A stretch of DNA of 64,000 nucleotides from Chrysomallon squamiferum. Taxonomy: Eukaryota; Animalia; Mollusca. Made by a program: the position numbers and the translations under genes. Below the pieces are notes generated by a model. The model was given only the letters and a program-made list of their open reading frames with translations. It was not told the origin of the DNA and did no database searches. The stretch spans positions 28,024,001 to 28,088,000 of the forward strand of contig CM022671.1 of the NCBI GenBank assembly GCA_012295275.1. The letters are read 5' to 3'. Of this stretch, positions 53,428 to 64,000 are shown piece after piece (position 1 is the first letter of the stretch; each line of letters opens with the position of its first letter).

Positions 53428-55050
53428 TCCCATGACAAATAAAAATATTAAATTTCAATACTTTGCTTTACCAATTTCCATTTGAAATAAAAAATTCTGA
53501 ATGTTTTTTTTGTTTTTTTTTAAATTTAATATATTCTTTTATCAAATTTCCTTTGGGTTTTTAATATATAAATTTTACTTGATAAATACCAATTTTTAAT
53601 TCTAATATATTCATATGTAAACAGCTGCAAAGAAAGGTGTTGTAATTAGCACAAATTATGCAACACAGAGAAAGAATGAAAGAAAGAAGAAAAAACGGTG
53701 CTGATAACAAAGCACATTGCCATGCAAAATACTAAATTTTTATTGAGTCAAACATTCTTTCCATCATTTTTGTTTTAAAATGATTAGCTTTAACATCTCC
53801 ATTTGTTTTTTTCTTTAGACCTATATTTTCAAATCAGATGAATGTTCAAAGTAGCAGTGGTGAATAAAATGATTTACTCTAAGTTTCAAAATAAATATAA
53901 AAAAACAAAAACAAACAAAAGAGTGCAGATAAAATTGTATTTGGTTTTTGTTTTTTCTTTAGCAATATTTGTGAATTAATACAATTTTGTCATCATCATT
54001 TTTTTTCTTTATTTTCTTTTTTTTCTTTTTGAAAACCATTTATATGAGAAGGGCATCTGCTTTGTTAGCCTTCAGCGTAATACTCCATTTTATTTTGGCC
54101 GAATTAGAACATCTGACAACCAAAACATTTTGTCATTATACTGATCAATGAATTTTAAGTACAAGTTTCATAACAACATGTAACATTGATTCTGCAAACA
54201 TCATGCATGGTCATGCATTTTCATAACAATGAATTACTCCATAAAAGTTACGAGCAGCAAAAGGGGGAGCCAGTGAGAAATAACTGGACATCTTGTCAGA
54301 CAGAGCTGTGGTACAAGTTGCACTTAGCAGAACTCAAAAATAACATAAATGTTTATACATACAAACACTGCAAACTAAAGCTACTGAACGGAGTGATATA
54401 GTTACTGCATAATATTCAACGTTAACAACAGGAATGAATTTTTCTGGATTTTTTCTTTTTTTCTTGTCAATTATAAAAAAATTATATATTTGAAAGAGAA
54501 CTTACAAAAAAATACCATTAAAACTAATTAAAAATAAACAAACAATAACCTAAATTGATTTTACATTAATAATTTTTCTTTTTAGAATTATATTGATTTT
54601 TCTTTTTAATGAATGCAATTTAACTGGAATTAAAACAGTGGTGCATATCGAACAATTAATAACCAGCTTTGTAGTTCAGTTTTTCTTTGTAATTTAAACT
54701 GTGGTTTAACTGTTTAGCTATTTACAGGAAGTACATGGTTTGAGATAACATGAAGGGAACTAAATAGCTGTAAAGGTCAAAGCAACTGAAAATGGCAGAC
54801 AGATCACAATAAGTAGAAATGTCAGCCACTTTTTAAAACAATTTTCTCAATTACTAGCTGATGACAAGTTATAAATCTGGACAAAGCAGTGAATTGTTCT
54901 GGCTGAAAATTCTCTAAAGTTTGTAACAGAATGTTCACAGTTTTCAAAACTAAATTTATTATTTGATATTGGGAAATATTCAGTTAAAATTGAAGAAATC
55001 TCTTATTCTAAAATAAAAGGAAGAAATTTATTTTTGTTTTCATTTCACAA

Positions 55051-55085
<35 letters not shown>

Positions 55086-56766
55086 TAACCATTGTGATAA
55101 TAAATTTCACACATTTGTTTTAATTTGTTCCAAAAATAAAACAAAGACATTATTCGTTTCTCTTTTCCTGATTGAAAATGTCTGCAGCTTTATTTTTAAC
55201 TAATAAGCTGCGACATGTAAAGATTTTGCTCGAGGACAAAAAGAAAAATAGGTAATATGTAATTTCCTTGACATATTTTTATAAAAACACCCACTTGTAG
55301 TCTGTATTTAAAACAGAGCTAATAATACAAGAACACGTTTACTTTTGTAGAATATTTTCCAGTAAAAAATCAAGTATTCCTAAAATAAATTAGTATTTTA
55401 ATCATGACCTTTGAAAATCAATTTCATTTAATTAATTTCTTAACAATATTTTCACATTTTGTTATTTTATTTTTGTCACGGCATGAAATAATTTCCTTTT
55501 GAAGTGCTTATATAAAGTTAACTTTTTTTAAATATCATTTTCACATGTCGTCATTTAATTTTCTGTGACTTTAGATCATTCCCTTTTGAAATATTTAAAC
55601 ATAGCAGAATTTTAGTTTTCATTATGAAGCTTCAATCAGAACTAATTATCTGCAAGTGATTTAAAAAAAAAAAAAATTTTTTTTAATAATAATAATAACT
55701 GTAAAAGAATGAGAAATCAGAACTGATTATCACTGATTTGTTCCAGTAAGCATTATTATGCCTAAGCCAGATGAAATTCTGTCAGAACTGATATAAAAAT
55801 AGTAAAAAACATGAGCCATGGTGCAACTTGCGCCACAAGACAGCCTGCCATGTAGAATGCGTCCAGCTACAATATCCTGCTTACTTATTTCCAGCTGCCT
55901 TTGGATTCTCCCTTTGCAGCGCTCCCTGTAGTCAATTTGACAAGCGTTGTAATCATTCATAACCTCGACAAATTTGCGTGATAACGTCGCATGCTAGGAC
56001 AAAAAAAGAAGAAATTAGGAATCATGAAAAAAAAATCAAAAAAAAAAAATCAACTAAAACACAAAACTCTGCAAAGGAACATCTACTGCAAAAAGTAAAA
56101 AATTGCTCAGTTTAAAAAATTAAATAAATAAATAAGTAAATAAATAAATAAAATGCTTCTATGTATCTACTTGACATTGCTCTATACAGCTAGTATCTTA
56201 CTAATTTCCATTTGTCGTTGAATACGAGACTTGCATCGGTCTCGGTAGTCGAGTTGTGCTTTGTTGTAATCGTTCATTACGTCTATAAACAGACGTGTTA
56301 TTGTTGCGTGCTAAAACAAAACACGGCATGTTAACAAGGACAACAGCAGAAATCTCCAGAGGATCATGTTGGAGCTGTTTCAAACTTAGAATTCTTAAAA
56401 ATCTAAAATGTTAAGTATCTTTTAAAGAGAAAAAAAAAAAAAAAAAAAAAAAAATATCATGTATTTTCACTGAATTTGTGTGTTTAAAGAAAACTGATAA
56501 GATTTAAAATATGATTGTGATTTTTAAAAAGGATAATAGGTACTCTTGAGGTCTTTAGCATGTGTTAATGTGACTTTATTTGATATTCTGTTGTTTTGGT
56601 ATATCTCAAGATTAATAAGTTCTGTTATTTCCCTTTTGGAAGTCTTTCAAAATATTAAAAAATGTTTTTTCTTATTCTAAGCTTTATTTTTTTTTAAATA
56701 TTAATCTGGGGAATATTTTTTAAATATATATTTAATATTCTTTTGTTTGCTATATCTCAAGATTAA

Positions 56767-56808
<42 letters not shown>

Positions 56809-58739
56809 GTTTACTTATCAATCCTGTTTTTACCTTTTTCTATTTGTTTTTTAAAATATTAATTGTTTAGGTTTTTTATGAATTTTTTTTCACCCACCCC
56901 CCATGTAATGTTTCACTTGAATATTCTGACACCTCATTGTCCTTACATAACTGTCAAATATGTCAAATGCGTAATCAACATTACATTAATTTCAGACTCA
57001 AGATCTTCACTGAAATTTAATACAACCATTATATGGATTTTATTTGTTTTTTATTTATTTAATTTTTTACATTTTCTTTCTTTTTTCTTTTTTAAATATT
57101 TAAAAGGAAATTTCATTTTTATAATTTATATAAAGCATATTACTTTTTCAAAATATCTAATTGGTCATTTTGCTGTACATTCAATACTAGTTTTCAACCT
57201 TTGTACTGGAATGAATTAATGTTTACCTAACATCAGCACAAAAATACTTCAACTGTTACATAAATAAATAAATACATTTATAAAAAATATTTGCATTCAA
57301 AAATATTTTTAATATATATTGAAATTTGCAGTGATTTAGTTTTGTTTTTGTTTCTGAGCTTTCATGGTACCATTTGCTCACATAATTTTCTTTATTTCCA
57401 AACTATCTGGAGTAGTATTAAAAAAATATTTGCGTAATGACATCACAATTTTATTTTTCTACTGTTTTCATCATTCTTATAATAATATTACTTATGACTA
57501 TTATAAAATAATTTTGATTTCACTATACAATTTTATAATTTATTATTACTTTTTATTTTTATTACTATTATTTACTTTTTTCTTCTTTTGTAAAAAAAAA
57601 AAAAAATAACAAATATTAACTGCAGTTAAAAAAATAAAAAGCACTAATGGACTTACTTAAATAATTATTTTTAAAAAGATTACTTTTAGTACAAGATAAT
57701 TCTGCAGTTTTAATTTCTTGTTTTTTTAATCTTATCTACATAAAATTTATTAAAATATTCACTCAAATGTTTCATGGCTATCTGCTAAGTTAAAAAAAAA
57801 GAAAAAAGAAAGACTTTTATAACTCGTATAGAAATTATTATTTCAGTAATGGGTTAGCATTTATCAGTAATCAGACAGAGACAGAAAGAGAAAAAAAAAA
57901 AAAAAAAAATTTGAAACATCCACAATGTTCCTACAATGAACAATAATTTAGTAACGAAATGATTGTTACAGTAATAAACATTTCTCAAAAATCAAAAGAG
58001 TTATTAAATTCCTTTAAGTCTACCAAAAAGGCTCGACTTAAATTAAGCTAAACGGCTTTTAACTTTTCTTGTAGGGACTTGTGAAATTCTTTGTGTATTC
58101 TCCAGTGATTACGAGGAAAATGATTAAAGTGACATATCCTTTCAGATTGCTAAGCTGTGCCCATTTCAAAGGAGCATTCAACATTAGCAATTCAGATTTG
58201 GCACTTTTTCTGATGAAGTTTAATGACTCTGAAATAAGAAAGGAGTTTCTGACAAAAACACTTTCCATCAACTGGTTCAGGGAAGTAATGACATCAAGAA
58301 TATGTCTCGGCTGATGTAACTTTACCAAATCATTCATATGAACAGAAGAAGCAACTGCTCCAATCATTATGGCATTATTTAGTCGGAGACGAACAACTTT
58401 TCTAAATGCAAGCAAAATCTGGATCAGGTTAAAATAAACTGATAAATTATTGAAATGAAATAACATTAACAGATTACAATAACCTAACTTCAGAGTTTTT
58501 TCTTTTCATTTAAATCAGAATAATTAAGATATTTAAATAAAATTGAAAATTCTGTTTAATAGGTAAGTAAAACAAGTTAAGTAATAAATGTCACAAACGA
58601 TGAACTACTGAACACACACAGGTAAAGTGACTACTGAAGCTGTGATTCACGTCTATTGAAGTTACCTGCGTCTTCCTGATTCTCAGGTCAGCTGATGACT
58701 TGTTGGAATGCTCTTCTTGTTCAATGTTTTGTTCAATAA
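36475..58739 (-). CDS. STX1A: Syntaxin-1 (Qa-SNARE), 3' portion; the N-terminal exons lie beyond the right edge of the window
   Basis: Exons (minus): 58739-58666 ([24 protein letters not shown], 74 nt); 56310-56202 or 55993-55885 (109 nt each); 52730-52657 ([25 protein letters not shown], 74 nt); 51833-51696 (138 nt, H3 SNARE motif); 51226-51116 (111 nt, [37 protein letters not shown]); then one of three TM exons. Confidence 0.97.
38385..38830. repeat. Near-perfect tandem duplication, two units of about 218 nt
   Basis: The unit beginning tgtttctgtcaacatatttttgctactgatc starts at 38385 and again at 38603, with only a few substitutions and homopolymer differences. Confidence 0.92.
41718..41795 (-). 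CDS. STX1A: Syntaxin-1 alternative terminal TM exon B: [25 protein letters not shown]
   Basis: T-tract-GTATTGCAG|AAG AAG ATA ATG..., 78 nt ending in TGA with a second TGA directly after, phase 0. Confidence 0.9.
   Translation of the reverse strand, partial: KKIMIIICLIILAVILASLLGGFLG
49733..49810 (-). CDS. STX1A: Syntaxin-1 alternative terminal TM exon A (proximal): [25 protein letters not shown]
   Basis: TTTTGTTTTTCAG|AAA AAG ATT ATG..., 78 nt including TGA, phase 0. Confidence 0.88.
   Translation of the reverse strand, partial: KKIMIFICILILLAVITIILATTLT
52421..52465 (-). pseudogene. Partial or vestigial duplicate of the syntaxin linker exon ([14 protein letters not shown])
   Basis: Shares ATGTTAGAATCTG and TTTACACAAGG, with identical 14-nt spacing, with the real exon 52657-52730. 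The 5' half is replaced by a T-rich microsatellite and the phase-0 donor is lost. Confidence 0.7.
55885..55993 (-). CDS. STX1A: Syntaxin-1 mutually exclusive exon, canonical version: [36 protein letters not shown]
   Basis: GTCCTAG|CAT...ATA A|GTAAGC, 109 nt, phase 0 in and phase 1 out. Confidence 0.95.
56202..56310 (-). CDS. STX1A: Syntaxin-1 mutually exclusive exon, variant version: [36 protein letters not shown]
   Basis: TTTTGTTTTAG|CAC...ATT A|GTAAGA, 109 nt, same phases, 25/36 aa identical to the neighbouring exon. The ORF track shows a different, spurious frame here. Confidence 0.9.
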
Positions 58740-59741
58740 CTGAAAAGAAAAAGAAATAAAAAATATATAAATTTAAGAAAAAAAAAATAATAATAAAAAA
58801 TAATTAAATAAAATAAAAACATCCTTCAACAATAATTTATTTTAAATAAATAAATAAATAAAAACATCCTTTGAAAATTCAATAAGACTTATTTTTTAAT
58901 TCTCAAAATATTATGTTAAAAAATAATCTCATGCAGTAATATTTACTGAAATTTTATTTGTTCAATGAAATGTTTCTCTATCTTTTTTACTTTTCTTTTC
59001 TTTTAAAGAAGAATAAATATATTCTTATTTATATGTCAGTAGAAATACAAAATATAATACTCCCAAATATATAGTCACGTTGAATAATTTTGAAATATCT
59101 TTAGTTTACTAATTAGATGGAAGTTCAATAAGTTTTAGTAATTATTATTATTATTATTATTTTTTATTTTTTTATTTAAAGTAATAAAATAAGTATTTGT
59201 ACAAACAAGCCAATATATGAAAAAAAAAATTGTTTAAAAAGGACTTAAAAGTATTAAATTATTGATAAAATATTATTTTATTTCATAAAAACACAAAGGT
59301 CAATTATTTCAGATTTCAAGATAATCAAATTACTGATTACTGAAATGCTGCAATATCAAAATTTTAAAATCTGAATAATTAATATGAACACACTCACAAC
59401 ACATGTACTTACATACAATAACTGACTTATTAATTTTCAAATAAATATTCAGACTGCAAAATCTTTAAAGTATTGAAAAAGTGGTAGGTATCACACAATG
59501 AATTATTCATAAATGGTTTACAGAGTCCTTATTTTTCATATCTTAATAGATTCAAATTACTGAAACATAACACACACATTAAGTATTCATAAGGTTTACA
59601 AACACAAATATCAATAACAGCTCCACATTTTCAATATTTTGGAATCAGATGATGTTGAAGTTATCCAAATCAAAGGTTTAATTTATTAACAGTTTTGTGA
59701 TAAAAAAAATTTTAAATTTATTTATTATTATTTTTGTTTCA

Positions 59742-59779
<38 letters not shown>

Positions 59780-60410
59780 TTATTTTATTTTTTTAAAAGT
59801 GTTTAGTGCAATGTAGAAACAATATTAATTGAAAACAAATTTGTCTGCTTTTATTCAATTTCAAACAAATAAAATGGCAAAATTACAATTATAGAACTGT
59901 AGGCAGTATAAAATACTAGACTTGGCCAGAAGATCAGGCATTAGAGTGAATCCTTATTGCACTGGTTAAACTATTTCTTCTGTAACCAATCATCCTATTT
60001 AACGCCTGTCATTATGGTTCTTAGCTCATGGAATGGTACATAAAAAAGATACATTTTACTGATAAATGATAAGTATCCAATCATATGATTAAACCTGATT
60101 CTCTCTCATATCCATTATGTATGGAATGGTATAAAAATTTTACCTCCCCCTCTTCAAGCCCACTTCACCCTTCCCCACTTTGTTTATTATGAAATATATG
60201 ATTTTTTATAACTTATGGAAACGCTCACATCTCAAAAAACATCAGTATTTTTACAAAGTTTCTGTTCGATAGGTATTTATTCTTAGTCATAATAATTTAA
60301 CTGAATTAGGTCAAAAGAGCCCCAATTTTAACAACTTGATAATTTAGCGCACAATCTCCTAAAAAAGTGAAAGGTGAAAGGCAACACTGGTCAGTAACAA
60401 TTTTCATAAA

Positions 60411-60475
60411 CTGCCGCCCCTATCATCCTGCTGCCCTAGGCACTAGCCTAGAAAGTCTACGTGGGAACACCTAGA
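60411..60475. mobile_element. Possible short remnant of a non-autonomous interspersed repeat (MITE-like)
   Basis: GC-rich island (ctgccgcccc..ctgccctaggcactagcctag) in AT-rich intron, resembling ends of common short invertebrate repeats. No TIR pair or TSD identified. Confidence 0.25.
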
Positions 60476-63400
60476 AACCATGATTATTAAAATGTGCAGA
60501 GGTGTTACCTAACATTTATTAATTAACTAAACCACCTGAAAATACAGTTATTATATTTGGTTTGAAAATTACATGCAGTTAATAGCATCAAATGATGGAT
60601 TTATTTCACATTTCAGCTAAGTCAACTAGTACAGGTAAATTACCCATCAATATTTACAGTAGATGTAGCAAAAAATTGATTGACAGTAGTTTTTTTTTTG
60701 TTTTTTTTTTAAAAATAAGAAAAATACAAAACAAAACAAAAAAAATATATATTTTAAAAAAACTAAAAAGAAAACTAAAAAACTACTCCCAATTAACTGT
60801 ACATAGAAATAATTAAAATAATAACAATTTCCAGTTTTTCAGTACAAATTTAAGGTATTCTAAAATAATTTGTAATTATTGGCAACAGCAGCTTACTGAT
60901 TTTTCCAACTCCATAAACACAGCTGTCACCTTTTGTAACTTGTTTGTCATAGATGCATGTTAGAGAAAGCTGTGTGTCGGCAAGCTATGCCGAAGAGTTA
61001 CAATTTTAAAATAAAAACGTCACATTGAAAAAGCATCATCCTATTTTAATTGTTGATTATTTGAATTTCATACCGAATAACAAGATTATATAAAACAGAA
61101 ATAAATGCCCCACAGTAACAGTGCTCTGTCCCCTTTGGTAGTAACATGACTACCAACTTGCTCTTCCCATCTAATAAATCTGTGAATACTATGCTGCTAT
61201 ACTATTGATTCATAATGCACTTGAAGTGAGTTTAACATTATAGAAAAGCCATTAATTATTAACGCCTGGTTATGAATTAAAAAATCAAATCACATGTTAA
61301 ATCAGTATATGTTAGCTGTCACACAGACAAGGAATCAGTTTCGTAATTGAAAACCCAGAAAAGCCAGACATCACCACGATTGTTGTTGCTTGTTATCAAC
61401 CGTAAGTGTCTTGCTGACATCAACCGTGACGGCATCTAATTGTAACCTGCTGGTTCATAATTTCTGAAAACCTAAATCATCGTAAATCGGCAGAATTATG
61501 TAATTCAGATAATGGGAAAGAAGATGTTCTGTTTTCACGGTGAGCTGTTTTTCAAAATGAAGCTGGTTGTATACATTTTTTTTTACACATAACAATTAAA
61601 CATTCCGAGAGAAAAAATATTAGAAGTAAAATCTGTTTGTCATGTCTGCACATTTAAAATTAAACTGCTACAAGTTTAAAAGATGAAAAAAACAAAAACA
61701 AAAAGAACAATAATAAAATAAAAAATAAAATATGTGCACATGCACATACGTGCATCTGTTTTTGTCTTTTTTAATTTATATATAAAATGAAAAAACATGA
61801 AAGAAATTGATGGATCATTTTCATATTAATTAAAGAATCTGTTACTTTTTGTGAAAGACACTGTAATACCATTACTGTAAAAATATATGATGAGAAAAGA
61901 GGAAAAAATTACAATTTGATTTTGAAGAAAATATTTACTGATAAACATACAGTTTGCCTTATTCAGAAACAGTACATTTAAATGTGATCAATAAATATCA
62001 ATTTTTTTTTTTACCTTGTGTGCTGTTTGCACAAATGTGTTTATTATAGTAGTCACACAAAATTACATTTAAAATTTATTATTATCCTGAATTTTTAATA
62101 ACAGCATTATTTATTTTTCTTTCAAGTTAAAAGAATATTTGTGCAAGATTATACATTTGATATTTATTATTTTCCTGAAATTTTAATCACATACTTCTGT
62201 TATTTTGTTTGTTTTGTTTTTTGTTTTTTTTCAGTTTAAAAGTTAAACTTTTTTAACTATATTACACTGCAAAAAATTAACACCAGTGGTTTTAAAACTC
62301 ATGGACTTTTCATTTAGATTTATTTATATACAACAAACAGCAGAATGTTAATAGCATTCAGTCCATTTCCCTCCTGTGTTTGAATGACAATCAGTTCAGC
62401 AAGTTCCTGCCTCACTTCCATCTCGTAATTTTCCTGCTTCGAGAAGTGTGCAAAAGAACCATTAGCTTTATTAGGTTTATCCTGGGTGTGAAACTTTTCT
62501 TTTGTGATAGGAAAAGATTTATAACAAACAAATGGGTCAGTAATATATTTGGTAGGAGCATTACCAAAAGCCAGCACATTGATATGGTAATGTTTACATT
62601 ATTTAAAAATATCAATACTAATAGTAATATTAATACTAATACCGATACTGGTAAACTGTGTGGCAGTAATAATAATGAAAAATTATTAGTAATGACGTGT
62701 AATATTTAATTAGATTTTTCTAGAAAGCTGAAAGTTGTAGAACTGAACATGAAGGTGTCACAGCATTAAAAATGAAATTGGGAGTGAAATGTTTCAGTGA
62801 CAAACATTAACAGCAGATAATACATATTTAAAAATGAATGATCTAATGGATATAACCTCTGGATCAATATACAGTATGTGCACTGCCTTGATCCCAATCC
62901 ATTTCCTTTTACAATAAAAAAACCAAAAAAATTAAAAAAATTAAAAAATGAAGAAGAAAAAAAAAAAGGAAAGAAAAAAGAAATGAATAACAACAATCAA
63001 AACCTTTTATAAATAAAACGTCAATCCAAAAGAATGTGGCTTGAAGATTCATTATTGTTATGTCAGAGAATTATTTTAACTGTTTTCTTTCTTTTTGTTT
63101 TCCTTAAGCCTTTATTATTTTATTTTATTTTTTTTAGAAATAAGACATCACAGATAGTTATGTTTTTAATAATGCTACTGTAATATAAAAGTATAACTGG
63201 TTGAAGATCAAATTATAAAAATTAGAAATCATTTAAAAAAAATATTAAAAAATTAATAATAATAAAAATAACAACTGTCTTAATGTATTTATATTTCTTC
63301 CTTTTTTTCTCCAATAATTTTATTAAAACAGTATCACATCTTAATTCCACAGCAAACTGCTCAGTTGCAAACACCAAATCTGACTTTAATCTGTCAAGCA

Positions 63401-64000
63401 ACCTTTCTGCCTGATGGAAAATAAAATAAAATGAAATTCAATGAGTCTACTCTGTACAATTCTGCCAACATTTGCAGGAAAACATGCAGAGGCAAACCCA
63501 TTGGTAATACAATTTACCAAATCTATTTTCGACTGCTACAGTTATGTGAATCTCAACTGTCTTACACACTGGCCACATCTGATTAGTTATGGTCACAAGC
63601 ATCTGAATTCTGTGTTGACTTTCTTCTGGCTATGTTTACAAATGGAAATTTGGGTCCATAATAAGGTGAGGTAATGCAAAGCTTGATTATACAGCCTTTT
63701 GCAATGTTACTGAAGGCAAGAGGATAAGATATTCATTTGGCTGCAAGAAAAGCAAAACATTTTCAGTAATTGAAAAGTGAAAGAAAAACTATTGCAGCAG
63801 ATGGAAGATTTGACTTTTTAAAAATGAATAGATCAAAAGATGCCAGTTAAGTGTCTAATAAAAAGATGAAAATTAATTCACAACTCAAAACTCTTCCTGT
63901 TTTTTTGCAGCATTTCTTTCTTCAAAATAATGTTCTGATTATAAATAACAAAAGGCAGTTTGTAAGATTCCTAAAACATTTTTTTAAATGTTTCCCGTCT

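Noticed and set aside
56201-56383. 60-aa [13 protein letters not shown]... in the ORF track
   Set aside because: Wrong frame; the real coding content is the 109-nt syntaxin exon 56202-56310.
63770-63825. Plus-strand peptide KTIAADGRFD reminiscent of a Mutator-like transposase motif
   Set aside because: Bounded by stops with no further motif support.

Overview
Very AT-rich, intron-containing animal genomic DNA, probably molluscan judging from the syntaxin peptide; it is not prokaryotic. Five spliced or single-exon genes were reconstructed by hand from splice sites and reading frame. (1) The 3' part of a citron Rho-interacting kinase gene (+, 184-14285, 25 exons), with a 2.7-kb coiled-coil exon carrying a 1-nt frameshift and one GC-AG intron. 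(2) An NFATC2IP/NIP45 (Rad60/Esc2-type) tandem SUMO-like-domain gene (-). (3) Intronless DNAJC30 (-), head-to-head with (4) BUD23/WBSCR22 (+, 10 exons, 279 aa). (5) The 3' part of a syntaxin-1 gene (-). The most notable signals are in syntaxin-1 and are missed by the ORF track: two 109-nt mutually exclusive exons encoding the Hc helix, a decayed or partial duplicate of the linker exon, and three paralogous 78-nt alternative terminal exons each encoding a different transmembrane anchor, giving at least 6 predicted isoforms. DNAJC30(-)/BUD23(+)/STX1(-) also matches the order and orientation of the human Williams-Beuren 7q11.23 trio. Most short ORFs in the track are low-complexity artefacts.
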